A stretch of 32,000 nt of DNA from NCBI RefSeq assembly GCF_018228765.1, contig NZ_CP073695.1, forward strand, positions 2,309,218-2,341,217. The letters are read 5' to 3'. Of this stretch, positions 9,912 through 18,733 are shown in pieces. Under the pieces are notes generated by a model. The model made no database searches. It was not told the DNA's origin and worked only from the letters and a program-made list of their open reading frames with translations. Both the position numbers and the translations under genes were made by a program. Positions within the stretch are counted from its first letter, which is position 1; each line of letters begins with the position of its first letter. The stretch comes from Halorubrum ruber (GTDB taxonomy: Archaea > Halobacteriota > Halobacteria > Halobacteriales > Haloferacaceae).

Positions 9912-9919
9912 TTTATATA
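9912..9919 (+). promoter_or_regulatory. TATA box (TTTATATA) for queD-queE(-queC)
   Basis: Ends 22 nt upstream of ATG 9941, consistent with a leaderless transcript. This supports 9941 rather than the track's GTG 9857 as the start. Confidence 0.5.
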
Positions 9920-9940
9920 TTCCCCGAATATTCTTCGAGT

Positions 9941-10402
9941 ATGTCCCGAAGTATATCAAGAGATGAATCCGAATCAGACGTCCTTCGTGAGGCCGGCCAA
10001 CGAACCCTCCACATCGGAGAGGATAACCCCATCCGAATTAGCTCGGGCCACCGTATTCTCCACCACGACGGAAAGTGCTCGCGGCCACACGGCCACAACT
10101 ACGAGATCGCCGTCGAAGTTACCGGCGAACTCATCGAAGAGGGGTGGGTCGTCGACAAAGGTGACGTCACAGACGTCATCGACGCGTGGGATCACCGATT
10201 CCTTGTCGAGGAGGGTGACCCGCTCGTCGACGCATTCGAGGCGTCGGGCGACGGCGACGCCCTCGTCGTCCTCGATCACCCACCAACGGCAGAGGTAATG
10301 AGCGTGCTCCTCGAACAGCGAATGCTCGACGCGTTCCCCGACACCGTCTCCGACGTGTCGGTGTCGGTGAGTGAAACCGGCGAGCTCTGTGCGAGTTACT
10401 GA
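9941..10402 (+). CDS. queD: 6-carboxy-5,6,7,8-tetrahydropterin synthase
   Basis: GHRILHHDGKCSRPHGHNYEIAVEVTG (QueD/PTPS Cys-His-His zinc/catalytic motif). Stop overlaps the queE ATG (TGATG). Confidence 0.9.
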   Translation: MSRSISRDESESDVLREAGQRTLHIGEDNPIRISSGHRILHHDGKCSRPHGHNYEIAVEVTGELIEEGWVVDKGDVTDVIDAWDHRFLVEEGDPLVDAFEASGDGDALVVLDHPPTAEVMSVLLEQRMLDAFPDTVSDVSVSVSETGELCASY

Positions 10403-11178
10403 TGCCAGTCGTAAGCGATGTGGAAGAACCCACAACGGACGCTGACGCGGCTGGTGAGGGCCTCCCAATCAACGAGGTGTTCTACTCGTTGCAGGGTGAG
10501 GGGACGCTCGCAGGCGTTCCCTCTGTCTTCGTGCGGACTTCTGGGTGTAACCTGCGGTGTTGGTTCTGCGATTCCTACCATACGTCGTGGGAGCCGACCG
10601 GCGCGTGGCGCGATGTCGACACGATCGTGGAAGAAGTACAGTCGCACGAACAGGCGAACCACGTCGTACTCACGGGCGGGGAGCCGCTCATCCACGAGGA
10701 GTCCATCGATCTCTTGGAGCGACTCGACGCCGAGGGGTACCACACAACGGTGGAGACAAACGGGACCATCTACCGGGACGCACCAATCGACCTCGCAAGC
10801 ATCAGCCCGAAGCTGGCGAGCAGCACGCCGACGCCGGATCGGGACCCGAAAGGCGAGGGCGAGTGGGAAGAGAAACACGAGCAAAACCGGATCGATATGG
10901 ATGCGTTGTCCCAGATGGTCGACGACTACGAGACGCAACTCAAGTTCGTCGTGACCGATGAGACAGACCTTCCGGAGATTACGGACCTCGTCGATCGAGT
11001 GCGGGCGGCGGCGACGACGACCATTGCTGACGACGACGTGTTGTTGATGCCGGAAGGTATGACGCGGGAGCAACTTGACGGAACGCGAAGCCAGGTGGCA
11101 GAGTTAGCGATGGAGTACGGCTACCGATACACCCCCCGACTCCACGTGGACCTGTGGAATGACGCACCCGGGACATGA
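10402..11178 (+). CDS. queE: 7-carboxy-7-deazaguanine synthase (radical SAM)
   Basis: INEVFYSLQGEGTLAGVPSVFVRTSGCNLRCWFCDS (QueE-type CxxxCxxC cluster motif) and VLTGGEPL. Confidence 0.9.
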   Translation: MPVVSDVEEPTTDADAAGEGLPINEVFYSLQGEGTLAGVPSVFVRTSGCNLRCWFCDSYHTSWEPTGAWRDVDTIVEEVQSHEQANHVVLTGGEPLIHEESIDLLERLDAEGYHTTVETNGTIYRDAPIDLASISPKLASSTPTPDRDPKGEGEWEEKHEQNRIDMDALSQMVDDYETQLKFVVTDETDLPEITDLVDRVRAAATTTIADDDVLLMPEGMTREQLDGTRSQVAELAMEYGYRYTPRLHVDLWNDAPGT

Positions 11179-11263
11179 ACGTCGCCTTGGTCGGCCCGAC
11201 CGATGGAGTGCCGTGGGGGCGTGGTGAACAGGACGACAATTGACTCAACACAACCGAAAATAC

Positions 11264-11953
11264 ATGAGCAATAAAAGCGCGGTCATTCTGGTTTCTGGCG
11301 GGATGGATAGTGCGACAGCGGTGTACGAAGCAATGGATCAGGGGTACGAGCCGTACTTCCTCCACACCTCATATGGGCAACGCACCGAAGACAAAGAGTA
11401 CGAGTGCGCACAGGCACTTGCCGAGGAGGTCGATGCGGCTGACTTCCTCCACATTGAAACGGGCCATCTCGCACAGATTGGGGCGTCGAGCCTGACGGAC
11501 GAAGAGATGGACGTCGCCGATGCTGACTTGGAGAGCGACGAAATTCCCACGTCGTACGTCCCCTTCCGCAACGCGAATCTACTGTCGATGGCAACATCGT
11601 ACGCAGAGGCGACTGACTCGGAGGCGCTGTTTATCGGAGCCCATTCTGAGGACTTCTCCGGGTATCCGGACTGTCGTCCGGCCTTTTTTGACGCCTTTCA
11701 GCAGGTGATCAACGTCGGAACGAAGCCCGAGACGGAAATCGAGTTGAAAGCGCCGTTCGTCGAGTGGTCGAAAACAGACATCGCTGAGCGTGGGTTAGAA
11801 CTTGGTGTCCCATACGACATCACGTGGTCGTGTTACCGGGACGAAGAGCCGGCGTGCGGGACGTGTGATGCGTGTGCGTTCCGGCTTGAGGCGTTCCGAA
11901 ATGCTGGGTCACGTGACCCGATTGCGTACGCTGAGCGACCTAAGTTTTCGTAA
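11264..11953 (+). CDS. queC: 7-cyano-7-deazaguanine (preQ0) synthase
   Basis: AVILVSGGMDSATA PP-loop and C-terminal zinc cysteines WSCY..CGTCDAC. ATG 11264 is preferred over the track's TTG 11240. Confidence 0.9.
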   Translation: MSNKSAVILVSGGMDSATAVYEAMDQGYEPYFLHTSYGQRTEDKEYECAQALAEEVDAADFLHIETGHLAQIGASSLTDEEMDVADADLESDEIPTSYVPFRNANLLSMATSYAEATDSEALFIGAHSEDFSGYPDCRPAFFDAFQQVINVGTKPETEIELKAPFVEWSKTDIAERGLELGVPYDITWSCYRDEEPACGTCDACAFRLEAFRNAGSRDPIAYAERPKFS

Positions 11954-11997
11954 TACTGCTTCAATAGTCATAGAGGCTGTCACTGTACTTTTTGAGA

Positions 11998-12399
11998 TTA
12001 GGATTTGTTGCTGGTGTCGCCAGTAAACTCATCCTCTCCGTTGAGTCGTCCCGTGACTCCATTTATAGCATAGATGAGTGTTGCTGCGACGTCGAACGCC
12101 TCTGTTCGTGACAGTCCCGAGATGGGCTTGGTCACGAACTCTTCTCCGTCCATATTCACACCAGTGATTGGAGTTACCGTATAGTCGCCATCGCCCATCG
12201 TCCCGTCAAGACGAACGAGGATTGTTTGATCGTCATCGTATATCCACTCAACGTAGTACTCATCATGAATCTCTTCGCTCCATCCTGACGGATAATAATC
12301 AAGACGCTCAGTTTCGCTTTCTGGCATGAGACGTATCTTGGTGTCGTCTACAGCAACAAATAAATCTGGTTGCGTGTCCTTCTGATGTAGTCCTCTCAC
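11998..12399 (-). CDS. Hypothetical acidic protein (133 aa) lying between the real and ghost queC 3' ends
   Basis: ORF with haloarchaeal-style acidic composition. No motif recognised. Confidence 0.5.
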   Translation of the reverse strand: MRGLHQKDTQPDLFVAVDDTKIRLMPESETERLDYYPSGWSEEIHDEYYVEWIYDDDQTILVRLDGTMGDGDYTVTPITGVNMDGEEFVTKPISGLSRTEAFDVAATLIYAINGVTGRLNGEDEFTGDTSNKS

Positions 12400-12421
12400 T
12401 GTATTAGCGCACGTGATTTTT

Positions 12422-12488
12422 GAAGCGTTCCGAAATGCTGGGTCACATGACCCGATAACGTACTCTGAGCGGCCAGAATTCTCGTGAA
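12422..12488 (+). pseudogene. Orphan queC 3'-terminal fragment (last 21 codons plus stop)
   Basis: 67 nt align without gaps to 11887-11953, with 56/67 identical by my count. It translates EAFRNAGSHDPITYSERPEFS* versus EAFRNAGSRDPIAYAERPKFS* in the intact gene. There is no upstream queC body. Confidence 0.75.
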
Positions 12489-12603
12489 CCGCTTAATATG
12501 CGATTCAATCTACCACAGTGATCGGTACAATCTGCTGGTCTAGCCCAGGTGTGCTCCGTAGAGTAGCCGATACTCTGATGATATTCCTCTACCAATCAAG
12601 CCT

Positions 12604-12789
12604 ATGCCGAAGGTAAGCGTTGAAATCCCTCAAGAGTTACTTGACGATCTTGACGACCACGTCGGCGACGAAGGAAAATTCGTCAACCGAAGCGACGCGA
12701 TTCGCGCCTCAATCCGCAAAACGCTCGATCTGCTAGAGGAAATCGATGAACGACAAGGGCGGATTGACTCATCTGAGGCTGACGACTGA
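12604..12789 (+). CDS. Ribbon-helix-helix (CopG/NikR-N-like) DNA-binding protein (61 aa)
   Basis: N-terminal MPKVSVEIPQELLDDLDDHV..NRSDAIRASIRKTL fits the beta-strand/helix/helix RHH pattern. Confidence 0.65.
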   Translation: MPKVSVEIPQELLDDLDDHVGDEGKFVNRSDAIRASIRKTLDLLEEIDERQGRIDSSEADD

Positions 12790-13006
12790 GATTTCTGATC
12801 GACATTGCTACTGTTCAACAGGAGAACTCACGTACCAACCAGCCTGGTAAATTCCCACAGTCTGCGGAGAATCTCTGTCGGATATAGAAGAGAGGCTACC
12901 CAGATGGGCACCACTTAGAGAAGATAGACCGAATTGATTCAAAAAATGATATATAGTTTATAATTCTAATGGAAAGATATATTTCATCACCTACAAACCA
13001 AAGAAT

Positions 13007-13732
13007 ATGGCTGATGATCCCGATATCATGACGGAGATTCTTGATGATATGAAATTGGATGACGATCGTGTCGATAATGAGTCCACCGATGGTCAATCCC
13101 AAAGTGAAGACATTCCGAATCTAGATGATTTACAAAAAGATGAGCGTCTTGAGCAACTAACCGAAGTAGGTCTTTTAACGGACGAAGAATATGATATACT
13201 GACTGAATATTATGATCGTACCACTAGTTCTGGCCAGCAAGAGTTCGGAACGCCGGTATACACCAGTGAAGGCTCAGAATTTGACTTTTCAATAGTTGGG
13301 GTTTTCCAAGATGTGAATACTAAAATTCTAACACTTCCGGAGTTCCTGAGCGTTGAGGAAGCTGACGATACCGAGACGTGGGATAATGAAGGGGGCCCTG
13401 GTCGAACGATTGTTTGTTTTCAGATTTACAATCACAGCTCCGAAGAAATCATGCTAAAACACAAAAATATCGAATATATCGGAGACAATGGAATTGCGTA
13501 CAATTATGACGGGAATCCATTAGTTAGTGATAGGCTTGAACCAGGCTGGCGAACCGATAACTGGGAATATATCGGACCAGATACAAGAATTCAGTACGCA
13601 TCTGTAATCGAGATGCCTGTGATTCCTGACTCATTGAAGCTCTCCGGATACTGGGAAGATACACATGAAATTGAACTAATAGATGACTTGTTTTTCCCAA
13701 AATCTGATTTACCGACTTCCGTTGAGATTTGA
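13007..13732 (+). CDS. Hypothetical acidic protein (241 aa); possible SHOCT-like motif plus C-terminal beta-sandwich (tentative)
   Basis: ORF with ATG and an upstream AT-rich region. The GLLTDEEYDILTEYY segment resembles SHOCT. The domain assignment is weak. Confidence 0.55.
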   Translation: MADDPDIMTEILDDMKLDDDRVDNESTDGQSQSEDIPNLDDLQKDERLEQLTEVGLLTDEEYDILTEYYDRTTSSGQQEFGTPVYTSEGSEFDFSIVGVFQDVNTKILTLPEFLSVEEADDTETWDNEGGPGRTIVCFQIYNHSSEEIMLKHKNIEYIGDNGIAYNYDGNPLVSDRLEPGWRTDNWEYIGPDTRIQYASVIEMPVIPDSLKLSGYWEDTHEIELIDDLFFPKSDLPTSVEI

Positions 13733-13855
13733 GAAGCTGACTCACTCTTTACAGAACTTTCAAATCAGATAATCAATCGCTGAAAGCACGTATAGACCGT
13801 ATCAGAGTCAGAACTTGTCACCTGAGGGTGTCTCAATAGAGCCTCTAAGAAAAAT

Positions 13856-15277
13856 CTATCCGGCGAGGAGGTCATATCTACGCTTTACTTCTTGTAATGA
13901 CCCCGTGGATGTCGGAACACCATCAACATCGGCGTCCGGATGATTCCGAGCAGTTTCCGCAAACATCGAAACTCGTTCGAGTTCCTTCCGGATGAGTGTC
14001 CGCTCAATTTCATACTGATCGTCGGACAGCATTTCTGGGTGTCTTTGAGTATCTGGTATTGTGATGAAGTCATGAATTACGGCATATTTTTTACCTTCGT
14101 ATTTTCGAAGGATCCGTCCTCTTCGTTGGACGTATTGTCGTGGATTCGATGTACTTGCTAGGATGTATGCCGTCCGTGTAGCAGGAATATCAACGCCCTC
14201 GTCAAGACATCTAATAGAAGTTAGAACGTCAATTTCTTCCTCATCGAACCGTGTCAACAGCTGTTTTCGTTCCTGTTGATTTTCGCGTGCGGTAAAGCGC
14301 TCAACAGACAAGTTACACTCATTTCGGATTCTCTCTGTTGTCAGGTCTACGTGACGCTGTAATTGGCCATCAACCTCCAATTTGCCATCACTACAGTAGA
14401 CAAGCGTGTGCTTGGTATCTATCTCAGAATTCAATAAATCAATAAGCAAGAATAGCTTCTCACGAGCGGTACCAATTAATCGAGCTCTTTTAAAAAGAGC
14501 TTGCTGTAAAGCAGGATTCTGTTCAAGATTCAAATTCCCTTCTTTGTCATTCGATTTCCCTGCAAGTCGACCGATCTTTGTGGTCAAACGCATGTACTCC
14601 TCCATCTCTTCGTCCTGTAATTCGACTATATGGGGAATGTAGTAATACTCACATAGTGCACCGGCTTCGATAGCTTTCTCAAGTCCATATTCAAAAACGG
14701 TTCCTCCAAAATATGCATCCAATTCTTTCGTCCCTTCTTCATCATACCATCTTTCTGGCGTTGCCGAAAGACCAAGTCGGAGGTCAAACTGATCACTAAG
14801 TGCCTCCTGTGTCTGAGCAGCACCCATATGGTGTACTTCATCTGCAATCAGCATTGAATTCCCGTTAGCCCTTCGAATTGTTTTTCTCGCAGATTCTCCT
14901 GACAGCGTTCGGTGTGTTGTAACTACTACGCAGGTGTCACGCATTCCGTTGTTGAATTCTAGCAGCTCACGTTCAAGCCGAGGTTGCCAATTACGTCGTG
15001 ATTCAAAGGCAAGAACAGGGGTAGCACCGAAATCATCGAGGTTAGATTTCCACTGATTAACGAGATGTTGATATGGCACTGCGACGACGAGCAGGAATTT
15101 TTTATCGACAGACTGATCCACACGCGTCGCGGCAAGGAGGGCTGTGACCGTTTTACCAGTCCCTGTTGCCATTTCTAGTATTCCCTTTCCTCCGGCAGAC
15201 ATCCACTCTTGTATTGCTTCTTGTTGATATGGACGGGCTTCTATCCAATCAGGAACGTGGAGGCCCTCATGAGACAT
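13856..15277 (-). CDS. Superfamily-2 helicase (ResIII + Helicase_C; XPB/Rad25-like DEAH type), 473 aa
   Basis: ARPYQQEAI (Q-like), MATGTGKT (Walker A), LIADEVHHMG (DEVH box), GLSATPER (motif III), LDEGVDIP and QYVQRRGRILR (motif VI). Start at ATG 15277 (MSHEGL..) is preferred because a TATA-like box sits 25 nt upstream, and the longer track ORF would overlap the divergent gene. Confidence 0.85.
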   Translation of the reverse strand: MSHEGLHVPDWIEARPYQQEAIQEWMSAGGKGILEMATGTGKTVTALLAATRVDQSVDKKFLLVVAVPYQHLVNQWKSNLDDFGATPVLAFESRRNWQPRLERELLEFNNGMRDTCVVVTTHRTLSGESARKTIRRANGNSMLIADEVHHMGAAQTQEALSDQFDLRLGLSATPERWYDEEGTKELDAYFGGTVFEYGLEKAIEAGALCEYYYIPHIVELQDEEMEEYMRLTTKIGRLAGKSNDKEGNLNLEQNPALQQALFKRARLIGTAREKLFLLIDLLNSEIDTKHTLVYCSDGKLEVDGQLQRHVDLTTERIRNECNLSVERFTARENQQERKQLLTRFDEEEIDVLTSIRCLDEGVDIPATRTAYILASTSNPRQYVQRRGRILRKYEGKKYAVIHDFITIPDTQRHPEMLSDDQYEIERTLIRKELERVSMFAETARNHPDADVDGVPTSTGSLQEVKRRYDLLAG

Positions 15278-15301
15278 CTTATCTACCTCAAAATGGCCCG
15301 C

Positions 15302-15312
15302 TGATATATATC
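15302..15312 (-). promoter_or_regulatory. TATA-like element (TGATATATATC on + strand) for the helicase gene
   Basis: Located 25 nt upstream of the minus-strand ATG at 15277, within the 165-bp divergent intergenic region. Confidence 0.4.
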
Positions 15313-15442
15313 TAAGCCGTGATGTTAAATTCACCAAAGTTAGGATTCCAAAAGCATCCTTAGCGAGAGTTCGAGTTGTTTTGGTCAAGAGAAGATTTGG
15401 TAACGAGTACTCTTTTACCTCCTCGGGATCGATACGGTTGCA

Positions 15443-15877
15443 ATGACAACGCTTCTGGTACAATCCTGTTCAGACACCAAAAACTCAGTCTCTACGCCCA
15501 CTCCGGCTCTTGATGTATATGATGGATATTTTTATAAAATTATCAAGAAGGCTATAAGAGAAGGAGAGTTTCGATCTGATATCGATATTCGAATTCTATC
15601 TGCAAAGCATGGTCTTCTCAAACCTAATGAGAAGATTCGATCCTATGACCGCCAGATGACTCAATCACGAGCTGCGGACCTTCGAGAGTCTGTCACAATG
15701 AATCTACAAGAACTGGTACAACAAAAGGAATACAACCGGATCGTTCTTAATATGGCCCGCGAGTATCGAAGTTCAATCGGAGAAATTCATGATTACCAAG
15801 GGCAAGTGAGTGAGATCTCTGGGAGTGGTATTGGCGAAAAGGGTGGGAAACTCAAGAAGTTCATCCGGGGAGACTGA
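15443..15877 (+). CDS. CSxTK-motif protein, DUF6884-like (144 aa)
   Basis: LLVQSCSDTK..ALDVYDGYFYK..ILSAKHGLLKPNEKIRSYD. By eye these motifs recur in the C-terminal domain of the 18734-20755 protein (LLIIPCSQTKPY..VSGMYGPVPEEFENISPIKSYE). The family name is from memory and unverified. Confidence 0.7.
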   Translation: MTTLLVQSCSDTKNSVSTPTPALDVYDGYFYKIIKKAIREGEFRSDIDIRILSAKHGLLKPNEKIRSYDRQMTQSRAADLRESVTMNLQELVQQKEYNRIVLNMAREYRSSIGEIHDYQGQVSEISGSGIGEKGGKLKKFIRGD

Positions 15878-15881
15878 CTGA

Positions 15882-17123
15882 ATGGGATTCAAACAAAAAC
15901 AGCATGATAATAATGGATTTGAGATTGCTAATCAAGCAGGAGCAGCACGCACTGGGACACTCCAAGTTGGAGACACAGAATTAAAAACACCAAATCTCTT
16001 TCCTGTAGTGAATTTCTACGCAGGGGGGACCTCATCAAGCCTGTACGGGGGAGGCATACATCGCACAATGAAGGAGTTCATGAACGGAGATGAAGTCATA
16101 AACGGCGGTGACTACAGCGAATACTTTGACGGCGTGATGACGTCTGTGGCTTCTTTAACTGACTACGGGATAACAAAAGAGCGATATGAAGAGTACATTG
16201 ACACTCCAATCAAGGAGAGAGACCTGTTTGATTTTGACGGCGTTCTATTTATTGATTCAGGGGGGTTCAAATTCCTCGGAGACAAGACATTGGATGGTAG
16301 TGATTTTGAAGTCGATGTCGATCAGAGGACAATTATAGAGATTCAACGTAAGCTTGGTGCTGACCTCGTTTTGAATCTTGACCGCCCAATTGAGCCTGAT
16401 GATGATTACGAAACTCGGATTCAAAAAGCACGTATGACGGCACAAAATGTCGATCAATTCCTTGAATTGACTGACCGACAGAAACAGACACGGTACCTAA
16501 CTCTTCATGGGTACAACTACTCTATGCTGAATACGTTTCTCACCGAGATTGAGAAAGTAATTGGAAAAAACCGTGTACACCGAGAATTTGACGGCGTAGC
16601 TCTCGGAAGCCTGGTTCCGCTTAAAGATAACAAGGGTAAGTTGATCACTGCGGTGAGCGACTGCAGAGAAGTCCTCGACGACTGGGGCTTTGATGATCTT
16701 CCATTACACGTCCTTGGTATTTCTTCAAGCGCAATTCCACTGCTTGCAGCAGTTGGTGCGGATACATTCGACTCATCGTCTTATCTTCACGCTGCAATTA
16801 ACGGGAAGTATCATACGTCGTTGTACAATACAGAACCGCTTGATGACGTTGATTTCTCAAACTGTGATTGCCCAGTCTGCTCTGACGACAAGCTTGTGAA
16901 TTGGATGGAGGGTGATGCCGAGTATCAGAAAGACAAGCTTGGAGCAGTATCAATGCATAACCTCATAATACAGAAAGAGGAAATCAGTCGCGTTAGGGAA
17001 GCAATCAGCAAGTCGGGAACCGACGGTTTGATTGAATATTTCGAACAATCGCTCAGCCGTCACAAATCGATGCAGCAGCATGCACACAGGGTTGTGAATG
17101 ATTCTCTTGGAGGATACTTCTAA
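15882..17123 (+). CDS. tRNA-guanine transglycosylase-fold protein, DpdA-like (413 aa, no PUA domain)
   Basis: GAARTGTLQVGDTELKTPNLFPVVNF, FIDSGGFKF, ALGSLVP, HVLGISS, GADTFDSSSY, and zinc motif CDCPVC followed by SMHN. Starts 4 nt after the upstream stop. Confidence 0.85.
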   Translation: MGFKQKQHDNNGFEIANQAGAARTGTLQVGDTELKTPNLFPVVNFYAGGTSSSLYGGGIHRTMKEFMNGDEVINGGDYSEYFDGVMTSVASLTDYGITKERYEEYIDTPIKERDLFDFDGVLFIDSGGFKFLGDKTLDGSDFEVDVDQRTIIEIQRKLGADLVLNLDRPIEPDDDYETRIQKARMTAQNVDQFLELTDRQKQTRYLTLHGYNYSMLNTFLTEIEKVIGKNRVHREFDGVALGSLVPLKDNKGKLITAVSDCREVLDDWGFDDLPLHVLGISSSAIPLLAAVGADTFDSSSYLHAAINGKYHTSLYNTEPLDDVDFSNCDCPVCSDDKLVNWMEGDAEYQKDKLGAVSMHNLIIQKEEISRVREAISKSGTDGLIEYFEQSLSRHKSMQQHAHRVVNDSLGGYF

Positions 17124-17125
17124 CA

Positions 17126-18679
17126 ATGTCAACAACAAAAACTCCCCAGGTAAATGAAGTAAACGAGTTCCTAGAAATTGCGAGTGACTTCGAAGATCCG
17201 CTCGAAGTAATCCGTGAATCCCTGTCTAATAGCTACGATGCAGGGGCTACTGAGGTCGAGATTACGATTAGAGACAGACCGATTGGATCCGAGATCGTGA
17301 TCGAAGATGATGGTGACGGGATGGACTATGCTGACCTAGAATCCTTCTTCGATTTGGGCAATTCGACGAAACGAGACCCGTCCTCTGATGCCATCGGCTA
17401 CAAAGGACATGGGACAAAAATATTCTATAAAAGCGAGGAGGTACTCGTCAATACTTCCAAAGAAGGAACGAATCTCCGTGCGCAAATGGAACAGCCCTGG
17501 GAAAAACTCAACAACCGAGTAATGCCTGAATACGAAGTTAGAGAACGCTCGGTGAAGGAGGGTAATAACGGGACTCACATCCGCATTACCGGATTCAAAT
17601 CCGGACGTGGATTCTCTCCTTCCTCACTTACTTATAATAAAATTGAACACTATTTGAAATGGAAGACGCTTGCAGGATCCACCGCTCACTACTTCACAGA
17701 TGACTATCACGAGATGGATATATATATCACGTTGGGTGACGAGATCGACGATACCCAGGAAACGCTCAAATTAGATAATAAACTCGAATTTCCCGATGAA
17801 CAGATTGAGCCCGGAGAAGGAAAATTTCCGGAATCAAGGATGTGTAAGCACTATCCACCTCGTGAGCTGACGGTGGAGACTGATGACGGAGATACAGCAA
17901 TTATCGAAGTAGTAGGCATGATTGGTGGGAAAGATGCTCGCAACGAACTCCCAACATACGGGAAGCATTCAGCGCAATTCGGGATCTGGCTTGCTAAGGA
18001 TTATATCAAAGTCGAACGTGTCAACGAAGTCATCTCACATGACAACGAGTTCCTCCACTTCTTTTTCGTGGCAAACTGCCAAGATATTGAGCTCTCTGCG
18101 AACCGTGAGAAAATCCGGAACAAATCGAGCTCTATCTACCAAGCAATTAAAGAAGAATTGAGCCACTATCTTTCCAAAATAGCTTCTGATCCTTGGTTCA
18201 AGGATTATCTCAATCAGCGACGAAAGGCCAAACTCTCGCGTCGAGCAGAATCTCAACAGTCTTCAGTCGAAGACCGTGAGAAGCGAATTCTCGATCGTGA
18301 GCAGTTTACTCCCTCTAATGATGCTGAGGTAGTTCTCGGTCTTGAAAGATCAAACCGGGAAGGTGCTCTCCCTAAGATTGTCGTTGAGGACTACGACCCC
18401 AGTGTAGAGGTTAACGCACTCGTCAAGCAGGATGATTCACTCTATGCGAGTTCGATCCATCATAAACTCACAGACCATTTTGAGGCAGACAAGCCTTTGG
18501 AGTCTGTTGATAAAATCATCTGCTGGTCGTATGGTGACCCCGACCAACTGAGTGAACTTGAGCGTCATGGATATCATGGGGGAGATATCACATTTGACCT
18601 CAATACAGGTCGGATTGAGTATCAGAACGGTCGAAAGCATAATATCCATATCGTTTCTGTCGAACAACGGTTTCAGTAG
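17126..18679 (+). CDS. GHKL-superfamily (HATPase_c_3 / MORC-Hsp90-like) ATPase (517 aa)
   Basis: N box IRESLSNSYDAGAT, G1 box IEDDGDGM, G2 box IGYKGHGTKIFY. Starts 2 nt after the TGT-like gene stop. Confidence 0.8.
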   Translation: MSTTKTPQVNEVNEFLEIASDFEDPLEVIRESLSNSYDAGATEVEITIRDRPIGSEIVIEDDGDGMDYADLESFFDLGNSTKRDPSSDAIGYKGHGTKIFYKSEEVLVNTSKEGTNLRAQMEQPWEKLNNRVMPEYEVRERSVKEGNNGTHIRITGFKSGRGFSPSSLTYNKIEHYLKWKTLAGSTAHYFTDDYHEMDIYITLGDEIDDTQETLKLDNKLEFPDEQIEPGEGKFPESRMCKHYPPRELTVETDDGDTAIIEVVGMIGGKDARNELPTYGKHSAQFGIWLAKDYIKVERVNEVISHDNEFLHFFFVANCQDIELSANREKIRNKSSSIYQAIKEELSHYLSKIASDPWFKDYLNQRRKAKLSRRAESQQSSVEDREKRILDREQFTPSNDAEVVLGLERSNREGALPKIVVEDYDPSVEVNALVKQDDSLYASSIHHKLTDHFEADKPLESVDKIICWSYGDPDQLSELERHGYHGGDITFDLNTGRIEYQNGRKHNIHIVSVEQRFQ

Positions 18680-18733
18680 ACGGCTGCAGGTAGCCGACTT
18701 TATCACATTCCGACTTCAATCAAAAGCCATAGA

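Noticed and set aside
9147-11073. Alternative-frame ORFs across the yhhQ/queD/queE region (for example 9147-9671 -, 9974-10468 -, 10396-11073 -, 10418-10954 +).
   Set aside because: These are Arg-rich shadow ORFs of genes that carry clear QueD/QueE/YhhQ motifs in another frame.
15278-15463. N-terminal 62-codon extension of the helicase ORF (track start at 15463).
   Set aside because: It would overlap the divergent gene start at 15443 and eliminate the promoter region. The internal ATG 15277 has a TATA-like box 25 nt upstream, and the conserved helicase sequence begins just after it.
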